The position numbers and the translations under genes are program-made. Below are positions 40,694 to 50,203 of a DNA stretch of 64,000 bases, piece by piece. The notes beneath the pieces are model-generated. The model saw only the letters and a program-made list of their open reading frames with translations, was not told the origin of the DNA and searched no databases. The stretch is taken from assembly GCA_963696385.1 (NCBI GenBank), contig CAVOKF010000005.1:288001-352000 (forward strand), read 5' to 3'. The stretch comes from an uncultured delta proteobacterium. GTDB taxonomy: Bacteria; Myxococcota_A; Polyangia; Polyangiales; Polyangiaceae. Position 1 is the stretch's first letter. Each line of letters opens with the position of its first letter.

Positions 40694-40847
40694 GAAAACC
40701 AGCCGCGGGGAACGCGCTACCTCATCTTCAAGATGTTGAAGGGGACCGCGGGGGAGCGGGGCGCGTGGACCTGTCTCGGGACAGGGCCCGTTCGTCCCCG
40801 ACGTCGAGTGGGCGCGATCTTGCGGCACAATTTGCCCCTCGTCTCGC

Positions 40848-40863
40848 GGGCACGGTGTTCGCT
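40848..40863 (+). promoter_or_regulatory. Putative sigma54 promoter of comM
   Basis: GGGCACGGTGTTCGCT: GG-N10-GC with GGCACG core, 14 nt before the ATG. Confidence 0.55.
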
Positions 40864-40877
40864 GAGACCCGCCTCGC

Positions 40878-42425
40878 ATGCTTTCCGTTGCGCACAGCGC
40901 TACGCTTGTTGGCCTTCACGCCCATCCGGTTCGGGTCGAAGTCCAGGCGACGCGCGGTCCGCCGTTTTTCGAACTCGTGGGTTTAGCCGAAGCTTCCGTG
41001 CGAGAGAGTCGCGTGCGTGTGAAGAGCGCTCTCGCGCAAGTGGGCGTCGAGATCTCCGAGTGTCGCGTCGTGGTCAATCTTGCGCCGGCGGACGTGCGGA
41101 AGACCGGAAGCGGTTTCGATCTTGCTATCGCCGCGGCGGCACTGGGTGCGTTGGGGGCGACCCCGCGCGACTCGCTGCGGCGCGTTCTGTTGGTCGGGGA
41201 GCTCTCGCTCGAGGGGACCGTCCAGCCCCTACGCGGAATTCTTGCCCATTTGCTCGGGGCTCGGGCGCGCGGGCTCCAGCGGGCCATCGTTCCTCGGGCC
41301 AACGCCGCTGAGGCCGCGCTCGTCGAAGGGATCGAGGTGCGAACCGTCGGCTCGCTGCGGGAACTCGTCGAGGCGCTGCGAGGGCGCCGGGAGCTTCCCG
41401 TCGCGGAGCGCGGCCCCGAGAGCCCCGAAGGCGAGCCAGATCCTCTGGTCGACGATCTCGCCGATGTACGCGGCCAATCGGCGGCGCGGCGAGCGGTGGA
41501 GGTTGCGGCGGCGGGAAACCACAACTTGTTGCTGATCGGCCCACCGGGGGCCGGCAAGACGATGCTGGCGCGTCGCCTGCCGGGGGTGCTTCCGCCCATG
41601 TCGGCCGACGAGGCAGTCGAAGTGACGGCTATCCATAGTGTCGCTGGCTTGCTCGGAAAGACCCCGGGGTTGTCGCGCGCGCGTCCCTTCCGATCGCCGC
41701 ACCACACGGTCTCCGAAGCCGGGCTGGTCGGTGGCGGAGAAGTCCCCCGACCGGGCGAAGCGAGCCTGGCCCACCATGGCGTGCTGTTTCTCGACGAGCT
41801 TGCCGAGTTCCGTCGAGCCGCGCTCGAGGCGCTTCGCCAGCCGCTCGAGGACGGCTTCATCACGATCTCGCGGGCCCATGCGAAGGCTACTTTTCCTGCG
41901 CGCATGCTGCTTGTCTGCGCGACCAATCCCTGCGCGTGCGGCCGTCTGGGGGATGGGACCTCGCGTTGCGCCTGCTCGCCTGAAAAGATCGCGCGATATC
42001 GAGCCAAGATGAGCGGACCGCTGCTCGACCGGATCGACGTTCACGTGGTTCTCCCGCCGGTGGAGGTCGCCGCATTGCACGCGATGAACGCAGGGGAGGC
42101 GAGTGCCGTGGTTCGTGCGCGCGTCGAACGAGCGCGCGCCATCCAGCATGAACGCAACGTGCGGCGCGAAGTCGCGGCGTCGACGAACGCGGCGCTCGGT
42201 CTACGCGATCTGGAGCGCGTCGCGAAGCCGTGCGCTGCGAGCTCCCGGATGCTGGCGGCGGCCGTCGATCGCCTCGGGCTCTCGGCGCGCGCATACGCGA
42301 AGGTCCTGCGCGTGGCGCGGACCATTGCGGATCTCGAGGGAGCCACGGGAATTCGACCCGAGCACGTTGCCGAGGGCATTGCGCTGCGCGTTCTCGATCG
42401 ACCCGCGACCGCGGCCGCAGCCTGA
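40878..42425 (+). CDS. comM: ComM/YifB Mg-chelatase-like AAA+ ATPase
   Basis: VRESRVRV, NLAPAD, GELSLEG, GPPGAGKT, PFRSPHH, LAHHGVLFLDE, NPCACG, SGPLLDRID, RVARTIADL. Confidence 0.95.
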   Translation: MLSVAHSATLVGLHAHPVRVEVQATRGPPFFELVGLAEASVRESRVRVKSALAQVGVEISECRVVVNLAPADVRKTGSGFDLAIAAAALGALGATPRDSLRRVLLVGELSLEGTVQPLRGILAHLLGARARGLQRAIVPRANAAEAALVEGIEVRTVGSLRELVEALRGRRELPVAERGPESPEGEPDPLVDDLADVRGQSAARRAVEVAAAGNHNLLLIGPPGAGKTMLARRLPGVLPPMSADEAVEVTAIHSVAGLLGKTPGLSRARPFRSPHHTVSEAGLVGGGEVPRPGEASLAHHGVLFLDELAEFRRAALEALRQPLEDGFITISRAHAKATFPARMLLVCATNPCACGRLGDGTSRCACSPEKIARYRAKMSGPLLDRIDVHVVLPPVEVAALHAMNAGEASAVVRARVERARAIQHERNVRREVAASTNAALGLRDLERVAKPCAASSRMLAAAVDRLGLSARAYAKVLRVARTIADLEGATGIRPEHVAEGIALRVLDRPATAAAA

Positions 42426-42533
42426 TCGAGGCCCCCATGGGGACGCTGCGGTGATCCGTCCCGCGGACGGGGGGTCGTTGGCTGGGACAGGCCCTGAAGT
42501 CACGCCGTTCGGCGAAAATCATGCAATCGGCTG

Positions 42534-42549
42534 CGGCACGCCGTTCGCT
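42534..42549 (+). promoter_or_regulatory. Putative sigma54 promoter of recA
   Basis: CGGCACGCCGTTCGCT, nearly identical to the comM motif; about 140 bp before the ATG. Confidence 0.55.
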
Positions 42550-42689
42550 CAGGCCTGGGTCATCGCCCCGATCGTCCGGTCCGTCGCCATGCCGGCCGGT
42601 CGGTCTCGACGACTCCCATGGGTGCGGGCCGGCCCGAACGCCTTGGGGAATCAACTCACCGGGCCGCCACTCGAGAAAGGACCCAGTCC

Positions 42690-43718
42690 ATGTTGGAACG
42701 AACCGCAGAAAAAATGCGCGCCCTCAAAAGCGTAATGGCCGTCGTGGAGAAGCAGTTCGGCAAGGGAGCGGTCATGACGCTCGGCGACGACGAGGATCCG
42801 GAGCCGGTCACCACGATCTCCACGGGGTCGCTCGCCCTCGACCTCGCTACGGGAATCGGGGGCTACCCGCGAGGCCGTGTCGTCGAGATTTATGGCCCCG
42901 AATCGAGCGGGAAGACGACGCTCGCTCTTCACGCAATTTCCGAAGCGCAGAAAAACGGCGGAGTCGCCGCCTTCATCGACGCCGAGCACGCACTGGACAT
43001 CGGCTACGCGCGCGCGGTGGGCGTGGCGACCGAGCAGCTTCTCATCTCCCAGCCGGATTCGGGCGAACAGGCGCTCGACATTACGGAACTGCTCGTGCGC
43101 TCACTCGCGATCGACCTGGTCGTCATCGATTCCGTTGCGGCGCTCACGCCGAAGGCCGAACTCGAAGGCGAAATGGGCGACGCGCACATGGGTCTGCAAG
43201 CTCGGCTGATGAGCCAGGCGCTGCGAAAGCTCACATCCGTGGCCTATCGCGCGGACACGACGCTGATGTTCTTGAATCAGCTTCGACACAAGATAGGCGT
43301 CACGTTCGGATCACCCGAGACGACGACCGGCGGCAACGCGTTGAAGTTCTTCGCCTCCATGCGCTTCGACGTGAGGCGTATCGGCCAAGTCAAAGTGGGT
43401 GAGGAATCCGTCGGCGGTCGCACGCGCGTAAAAATTGCAAAAAATAAATGCGCGTCGCCGTTTACGGAGGCCGAGTTCGAGATCCGCTGGGGGAACGGCA
43501 TCGATTCGGTCGGCGAGCTTCTCGACCTCGGCGTCGCACGCGGTCTCGTCGACAAGTCCGGCAATCACCTCTCCTTCGCCGGGACTGCGCTCGGCAACGG
43601 GCGGGAGCGTTCGCGCGAGGCTCTCGAGACGAGCCCCGATCTCCTCGGGACACTTCGTCAGGCGATCGTCGCGTCGGGACCGGCGCGATCCGGGCGGCGA
43701 TCGGACGCCGAGGCGTGA
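42690..43718 (+). CDS. recA: Recombinase RecA (myxobacterial RecA1-like paralogue)
   Basis: [52 protein letters not shown]. Confidence 0.97.
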   Translation: MLERTAEKMRALKSVMAVVEKQFGKGAVMTLGDDEDPEPVTTISTGSLALDLATGIGGYPRGRVVEIYGPESSGKTTLALHAISEAQKNGGVAAFIDAEHALDIGYARAVGVATEQLLISQPDSGEQALDITELLVRSLAIDLVVIDSVAALTPKAELEGEMGDAHMGLQARLMSQALRKLTSVAYRADTTLMFLNQLRHKIGVTFGSPETTTGGNALKFFASMRFDVRRIGQVKVGEESVGGRTRVKIAKNKCASPFTEAEFEIRWGNGIDSVGELLDLGVARGLVDKSGNHLSFAGTALGNGRERSREALETSPDLLGTLRQAIVASGPARSGRRSDAEA

Positions 43719-43911
43719 CGGCGTCCGCCCAACGCGATGGGCGATGGGCATCGGCGCGCCTGGGCGGATTCATCGCCGTCTGGCCCGGGCGTTTCGCGTG
43801 ACGATTCGCGCGATCGCCGTGAAAGTATCGCGAGCTTCCGTTCCGTGGGCAACCCCCGGGGGGGCGCCTCGGCCCTCGACAGCGCCGGTTCGGACCGGCA
43901 ACCTCGACACG

Positions 43912-44676
43912 ATGCCTACCGTTCATGTCCTTCAACACGAGCCCATCGAAGGCCCGGCTTGCATTGCTGAAGTCGCGCAATGGCTGGGTATGCCCCTCAA
44001 CTTGGTTCGCTTGTTCGACGGGGCAGCTGTGCCCGAACACCTCCCCCCTGAGGATGCGCTCGTCCTGATGGGCGGACCGATGGGCGTCGGCGACATAGGA
44101 GATTCAAAGTGGCCCTTCTTGAAGGCGGAAGCCGAGTTGATCACGAGGGTTCTGCGCGCTGATGGCGCCGTTTTGGGCATCTGTCTGGGCGCACAGCTCA
44201 TGGCGCACGCTCTCGGGGCTCGCGTCTACCCGCTGCATGTGGGCGACCCTCCCGCTCGATTCCGTGAGGTGGGGTGGGGTGCGGTCACATTTGCGGTCGA
44301 CCCAGACACGGAACCGAGTCTCCGCGGGTTGAGCGAGTCGGAGGTTGTCCTTCATTGGCACGGCGACACGTTCGATCTGCCCGACGGTTCGAAGCTGCTC
44401 GCGAGTACGCTTCCATGTCAAAATCAAATGTTTCGCTGGGGCTCGCGGGCTTTCGGACTCCAGTTTCATGTCGAGGTTACCGCGATCGATGTGGCCACGA
44501 TGGTGCGAGAGGACGCGGCATTCGTACGCGCGGCGAATGGGCCTTGTGGCGCCGCTCGAATTTTGGCGGACACACGACGGTGGATTGGGCATTACCGACA
44601 GATGGGCAACCGCATGATTCGCAACATATTCGATTCGATGCTCGCCGACTCTCTCCCCCGAAAGAGCGCTCCGTGA
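43912..44676 (+). CDS. Type 1 glutamine amidotransferase
   Basis: LQHEPIEGP, MGGPMG, LGICLGAQL, WHGDTF, QFHVE. Confidence 0.9.
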   Translation: MPTVHVLQHEPIEGPACIAEVAQWLGMPLNLVRLFDGAAVPEHLPPEDALVLMGGPMGVGDIGDSKWPFLKAEAELITRVLRADGAVLGICLGAQLMAHALGARVYPLHVGDPPARFREVGWGAVTFAVDPDTEPSLRGLSESEVVLHWHGDTFDLPDGSKLLASTLPCQNQMFRWGSRAFGLQFHVEVTAIDVATMVREDAAFVRAANGPCGAARILADTRRWIGHYRQMGNRMIRNIFDSMLADSLPRKSAP

Positions 44677-44732
44677 GGCTCACTCGAGGGAGCCGTCGAT
44701 GGGGCATGGCCGCGTTCCAGGGTCCCGGCTCG

Positions 44733-46112
44733 ATGCCCTCCCGGCCGTGCTCGTCGCCGGCCCCCGAACTGAGTCTTCTCGTCCTGCTCGCGTTGACCGT
44801 CGGGTGCTCGAGCGGCAGCAACCCGGGCGCGTTCTCCATCGGACCGCATCCTCCACTTCCTTATGTCGAAGACAACGGGGGTGGAATTCTCACGGCACCC
44901 GAGATCGTTACCGTGACGTTCGACCCCAGTCTCTACACGTACTTCGATGCGACGCAGAATACGTGGTTGGCCGTGCCTGCCGCGGCGACCCTGATCCCCG
45001 ATCTTGGCACGTTCGACGACGGGGTCACGACGACGTCTTGGTGGCAGACCGTTGTTGCGGACTACTGCGACCCAAAAGCGGGCTGTATCGGCCCAGGTCT
45101 AGCCGGTGCGCATGTATCGATCCCCGCTCTGCCGCCCGGAGATGGCACGCCATCATGCGGTCCCCAGCCTTGTTATACGGACACGGCGGTAGGTGGCGCT
45201 GCGACTTTGAAGACCTACATCTCGTCCTTGTTGAACGCCGGAACATTGCCGATGCCAAATCCGCAAACGCTTTACGTGATGTATTTCCCGAGCTCGGTCA
45301 CGATCGACGTGGATGGATCCGTGTCATGCCAGTCCATCGGCGGTTATCACGACAGCTTGTCGGTCGGCTCGCTCAACGTGCCCTATGCGATCGTGCCTGT
45401 CTGCTCCCCGGAGCCCACTGCCAATGGCGTGCCGGCTCTTAACTTCGAGCAAACCGCGACCATCGCGGCAAGCCACGAAATCGTCGAAGCCACTACCGAC
45501 CCACATGCCGGTGAGATACCTGCGGGTGCGACCCAGAGCACCCAATACCTCGGATACTATTTGACCGATCCGCAGAGTCAGGCGTGGGCCTACTTCGGTG
45601 GTGAGGTGGCCGACCTATGCGTCGACCTTCTGGGTATGGGCCAGGATCGCTGGACGGAAGGCAACTACGTGTATCAAAGGGTTTGGTCGAACACGAGCGC
45701 GATGGCGAGTCACGATCCGTGTGTGCCCATTCCGCCGGGCGAGGTTTACTTCAACGCTGCACCCTCGACGGTACAGGGCCAGCCGCTCTCGGTGGGGGTC
45801 GGCGCAACGGCCAACTTGCAGGTCGATGCCTTTTCGGACGCGCCCGCGCCAAGTTGGCAGGTGTTCGGGATCGACGTCGGGACGAGCTCGGCCGGGAACC
45901 CGCTCAACATCTTGTTGTTTGCGCCCGGTGAGAAGAGTCCCATGCTGGCGAACAACGACGAGTCCATCCCCTTCACGGTCGAGTTGACGGGGCAGCCTCC
46001 GCTTCCGGCGGGGGCCCCGACCGGAACCGCTGCGGTCGAGCCGTATTTCATCATTTCTTGGGCTCAGAGCGCAGCCCATCTGTGGCCTGCCTTCGTCGTC
46101 TCGGCGCAATGA
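44733..46112 (+). CDS. Hypothetical lipoprotein with HExxExxTDP motif
   Basis: Lipobox TVGC; GGYH...PYA...SHEIVEATTDP...EVADLC. Start uncertain. Confidence 0.7.
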   Translation: MPSRPCSSPAPELSLLVLLALTVGCSSGSNPGAFSIGPHPPLPYVEDNGGGILTAPEIVTVTFDPSLYTYFDATQNTWLAVPAAATLIPDLGTFDDGVTTTSWWQTVVADYCDPKAGCIGPGLAGAHVSIPALPPGDGTPSCGPQPCYTDTAVGGAATLKTYISSLLNAGTLPMPNPQTLYVMYFPSSVTIDVDGSVSCQSIGGYHDSLSVGSLNVPYAIVPVCSPEPTANGVPALNFEQTATIAASHEIVEATTDPHAGEIPAGATQSTQYLGYYLTDPQSQAWAYFGGEVADLCVDLLGMGQDRWTEGNYVYQRVWSNTSAMASHDPCVPIPPGEVYFNAAPSTVQGQPLSVGVGATANLQVDAFSDAPAPSWQVFGIDVGTSSAGNPLNILLFAPGEKSPMLANNDESIPFTVELTGQPPLPAGAPTGTAAVEPYFIISWAQSAAHLWPAFVVSAQ

Positions 46113-46230
46113 CCTTTGGGTGGCAGCACCGCCGGCCCGGCAAAGACCGTGTGCCGCAACGAACGACTCCTTGTCGCGGCACCTTTCGCGTCGCGCGAAG
46201 CGCTCTGAGAATGCGGTAGCCTCGCTCGTC

Positions 46231-47742
46231 GTGACGATTGGACGCCGAAGGACGCCGCCTCACCCACCGGCTCGCCCTCCGCCCCGGCAGGCCTACGTTT
46301 CGTCGTCGTCGTCGTCGCCGCCGTCGTCGCCTCTTGCGCCCGGCGCCACGCATGCGCCCAACGCTTTCCTTGCGACGGATTCGACGGACGCCAAGCCCGA
46401 CGAACAGACCGTCGCGACGGCCCGGCAATTCGTCCAGACGGTTGCGGTCCCGCGGCTTGCCATCACCATCGAGCGCGAAAATGGCCGAGTCGGTGCTCGC
46501 GCGCTTCTGTTCGACGGAGATCTTTGCCGGATAGGCACCCACTCGACGAACGACGTCGTGCTCCAGGACCCCGCGGTGTCGCGCTTTCATTGCCGACTGG
46601 TCCGTGACGAGGGCGGCTGGCGCGTTCACGACTGGGACTCTCTCAACGGGGTCGAAGTCGAGGGTTTGCGCGTACGCGACGCGGACTTGCCCTCCGAGGC
46701 GACGATCGTGCTGGGCGACTCGGTGGTTCGCGTTCACACGGTCGATCCTGCCGAACAGGCCGTGGTTCCCATGATTCCAGCGTTTGGACAGCTGGCGGGC
46801 ACGAGCGTTCGGATGCGCAAACTATTCGCAGTCCTTCAGAAGGTGGCTCCGAGCGACATCAATGTCCTCATTCAGGGCGAGAGTGGGACGGGCAAGGAGT
46901 TGGTCGCCAACGAAATCGTGCAGCGGAGCCCGCGCGGCGACAAGCCGTTCGTCGTAGTCGACTGCGGTGCCATCAGCCCTTACCTCGTCGAGAGCGAGCT
47001 TTTCGGGCACCTGCGCGGCAGCTTCACGGGTGCCGATCGGGACCGAGTCGGCGCATTCGAGGCGGCGGACGGGGGCACGGTGTTTCTCGACGAAGTCGCG
47101 GAGTTGCCTGTCGAACTCCAACCCAAGCTACTCCGTGCCATCGAAGCGCGCGAAGTTCGGCGGGTCGGTGAGACCCGGCCGCGAAAGGTGAACGTGCGCG
47201 TTCTCAGTGCGACGAATCGGCAGCTCGAGCGCGAAGTCAACCGAGGGCGCTTTCGTGAGGACCTTTATTTTCGTCTCGCCGTGATGACGGTGCGCGTCCC
47301 GCCCCTTCGCGAGCGGCTTGACGATCTGCTGATACTCGTTCGGGTCTTCTTGCAGAGTTGGGGCGTGCCCGATGAAGAACGCCTGTTTACGGCTGCCGTG
47401 CTCGCGGAGATGGCCCGGCACGATTGGCCAGGCAACGTTCGCGAGCTCAGAAATTATGTCGAGCGCAGTGTCGTGCTTCAGAAGGCGAGCCCGGCGCTCC
47501 GCAGTACGTCGCTCGCGCCCGGATCGGGCCTTCCACTCATCGACATCGGGACCCCGTTTCGGGTCGCGAAGGATGAAGCGGTGGACGCCTTCGAGCGCGC
47601 TTACTTGAGCGCGTTGCTCGAGGCTGCGGGCAACAACATGAGCAAGGCTGCGCGGCTGGGCGGCATGGATCGGATGTACCTGCACCGACTCGCGCAGAAG
47701 CATGGGCTCAGGGGCGGCGGCGCTGCGGGCGCGAGTTCGTAA
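46231..47742 (+). CDS. FHA-domain sigma54-dependent activator (paralogue of 31147-32574)
   Basis: [43 protein letters not shown]. Start uncertain. Confidence 0.92.
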   Translation: MTIGRRRTPPHPPARPPPRQAYVSSSSSSPPSSPLAPGATHAPNAFLATDSTDAKPDEQTVATARQFVQTVAVPRLAITIERENGRVGARALLFDGDLCRIGTHSTNDVVLQDPAVSRFHCRLVRDEGGWRVHDWDSLNGVEVEGLRVRDADLPSEATIVLGDSVVRVHTVDPAEQAVVPMIPAFGQLAGTSVRMRKLFAVLQKVAPSDINVLIQGESGTGKELVANEIVQRSPRGDKPFVVVDCGAISPYLVESELFGHLRGSFTGADRDRVGAFEAADGGTVFLDEVAELPVELQPKLLRAIEAREVRRVGETRPRKVNVRVLSATNRQLEREVNRGRFREDLYFRLAVMTVRVPPLRERLDDLLILVRVFLQSWGVPDEERLFTAAVLAEMARHDWPGNVRELRNYVERSVVLQKASPALRSTSLAPGSGLPLIDIGTPFRVAKDEAVDAFERAYLSALLEAAGNNMSKAARLGGMDRMYLHRLAQKHGLRGGGAAGASS

Positions 47743-47759
47743 GTCGGTTCCGGGGACTC

Positions 47760-49376
47760 TCACCGCCTCCGGGACGCCAACGCGCGCAGCCAACGGACGT
47801 CGGCGGCGCCCATCTCTCGGGTCACCAGGAGCACCGCGATGTACGCCCCGGCCACGAGCAGCGCCACGAGCGGCGCCGCGAGGCGACCCACTCGCGGCAT
47901 CCAGAGGCCCAAAGCAAAGCATCCTGCGAGTGCCGCGCCGACTCGGGAGACGGTTGCGACGGGAACGAAGGCGCCTGTTTGTCCTCGCACGAACGCACCG
48001 GCCACGAGGAGCGCGCCTGTGAGGGCGACGAGCGTCGCTTCCGCGGAGCGAACGAGCTGATCGTGTCCGAACCGGCCTCCGGGGACGAACCCCGTGCATG
48101 CCAGCGATACCGCTACGAGCGCGCCCAAAGTGATCCACGCCGACGTACGTTCACGGCCCACGCTCGTCAGGATCGTGGTGGCGATGCCGAGCATCGCGAA
48201 CGAGCCCTGCGCGAGCGCCATGATCCGCAAGACGTCGGCGCCTCGGTGCGCGTCCGCCGATCCATACGCGAAGGCAAGCAAAGACTCGGGCATGGCGATG
48301 ACCACGCCGACGAGCATGCCCCCGAAGATCGCCGCGAGCCTCGATCCCCGCGCGACGTACGTCCGGACGGCGGCCGCGTCCCTCGCGCTGGTCGCGCGTG
48401 CAAGCATGGGGAAAAGTACGAGGGTCACGCTGAAGAGGAGTTGATAAGGCAGAAACGCGAATGTCTGGCACTCCTTGTAGATAGCCACCCACGACTTGAC
48501 GAGATCGCGCTGAGACGGCCCCACGAACACGACGGCCGCGGAGCTCTCGCTGAGGAAGCGGCCGAGCAGCGCGATGTCGGCCTGCAGGAGCGCGTTCGTA
48601 CAGAGCTGCGCCCCCGCAATCGGAAGGAGCAACGCCACGTAAGCCCGTGGACTCGGAACGCCGTCGGGGAGACTCGTCGCCGTCGCCTTGCCGATGCCCG
48701 TCCAGCGCAACGCGAGTGGGACGATGCACGCCGCGGCCGCGACCCATCCGACCGTCGTTCCCAGAACCCCCGAGAGTCCGCGCGCGACGAACGCATAGCC
48801 GAACGCCACCAAGCCCAGCGTGCGCATCGTCGCGAACGCGACGTCGAGTGCAGCCTGGCGACCGAAGAGGTTTCTCCCGTTCAGATAGCCGATGAGAGGC
48901 GCGTACAATCCGTAGAGCAGCGCAACGATGGCCATGACGAGCAGCGGGCCGACGACATCGTCCGCGCGTTCGAACCGGGCATAGATCGGGGCCGTAGCGG
49001 CTACGGCCCCTGCCACGACGAACGCCATCGGCACGTGCACTCGTAGGGCCGCGCGGAGGGCCTCTTGCTCATGGCCCGGGGCGCTTGCGACCGTACGGCT
49101 CACCGCCTGCGTCCCGCTTGAAACGACGACGTTGTTTACCGTATTCGACACGACGAGCGCTTGGGCGAGGCCGCCAAAGTCGTTCAATCCGACCGCAAGC
49201 CTCAGCAACGGTTGCTGAATGAAGCCGGTTATCAGAAAGAACACCTTCGCCCCGAGCACCGCTACGCCGCCGCGTCCGGCGGTTCGCGCCGTCTCCACCG
49301 TCGGCGATGACGGCTCGCCAGAAGCCTTCGTCTCCTCGCGCGAATTGGGGTGCGCGGTCTTGAAAGGGTCGGCCAC
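47760..49376 (-). CDS. MATE-like oligosaccharide flippase / polysaccharide biosynthesis protein
   Basis: About 12-14 TM segments; 'SVTLVLFPMLARA' flippase-like. GTG start estimated. Confidence 0.75.
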   Translation of the reverse strand: MADPFKTAHPNSREETKASGEPSSPTVETARTAGRGGVAVLGAKVFFLITGFIQQPLLRLAVGLNDFGGLAQALVVSNTVNNVVVSSGTQAVSRTVASAPGHEQEALRAALRVHVPMAFVVAGAVAATAPIYARFERADDVVGPLLVMAIVALLYGLYAPLIGYLNGRNLFGRQAALDVAFATMRTLGLVAFGYAFVARGLSGVLGTTVGWVAAAACIVPLALRWTGIGKATATSLPDGVPSPRAYVALLLPIAGAQLCTNALLQADIALLGRFLSESSAAVVFVGPSQRDLVKSWVAIYKECQTFAFLPYQLLFSVTLVLFPMLARATSARDAAAVRTYVARGSRLAAIFGGMLVGVVIAMPESLLAFAYGSADAHRGADVLRIMALAQGSFAMLGIATTILTSVGRERTSAWITLGALVAVSLACTGFVPGGRFGHDQLVRSAEATLVALTGALLVAGAFVRGQTGAFVPVATVSRVGAALAGCFALGLWMPRVGRLAAPLVALLVAGAYIAVLLVTREMGAADVRWLRALASRRR

Positions 49377-49678
49377 CGACTCAAACTCCCTTCGCTCATC
49401 GCCGGAGTCCGGCCCGCGGGCGTGTCGGCGATGATACACCGACCGGGTGCCAACGACGCAAACGGCCGCGAGGCTCGCGCAGTTTGCACCCCGGTAGCTC
49501 GAGGCGACCGCGGCCCTTGTGGGCCGGGGTCTCTCGACGCGGTCGGTCGTCAACCTTCATCGAACGCGTTGCGTCGCTTCGCTCTGGCGACCACTGCGGT
49601 CGTGTCTTCGCGTGGCTGCTCGGGCGGTCCGGGTCTAGGCTACCTCCGTGGCGCCCTCCCCATCTGACGCCGGCCATT

Positions 49679-50203
49679 TCATTCGACGCGCTCGGTGTGC
49701 TGCGGGTCCACGAGGCGGCCGTCGGGAGTGAGCCCGACGCGCCCCCATCGAGCCTTCTCGTCCGGAAGCGGTGGCAGCGAAGGCGGGGTCTCGTCATGAA
49801 GCTCGACACGCACGCCCTCCGCCGCGGTGATGATGCGGATGCCCAGGTTTCGCCCCGGCTTGCGCGCGACCTGCGTGTGTTCGATGGTCGCGGAACTCTC
49901 CCCCTCCCGGATTTCGCCTCCGAGAAGGCGCGCTCTCAGATACTGCACCAGCGGATGAAGGGCCACGGATCCACTGGCGTACACGACATCGGCGAACGCG
50001 CCGTCGACGCGGAGTGGGCTTGGCAGCGTCAGATCGAATGCTTGAGCCGTTCCCTCGAGCAGCTCACCCTTGGCCAGGTGATCGACGGGCGCCGCAGCGC
50101 TTGGTGCGCTCTCCTGCGCGGGGGCGCGCCCCGGACCGGGAGAGCGACACCCCGCGATCGCCACGAAGGCGATCGCGGCTCGAATAAGGTCCTTGGCCGT
50201 CAC
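49679..50203 (-). CDS. Hypothetical lipoprotein coupled to pilY1
   Basis: GTG overlaps the pilY1 TGA; lipobox IAGC. Confidence 0.7.
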   Translation of the reverse strand: MTAKDLIRAAIAFVAIAGCRSPGPGRAPAQESAPSAAAPVDHLAKGELLEGTAQAFDLTLPSPLRVDGAFADVVYASGSVALHPLVQYLRARLLGGEIREGESSATIEHTQVARKPGRNLGIRIITAAEGVRVELHDETPPSLPPLPDEKARWGRVGLTPDGRLVDPQHTERVE

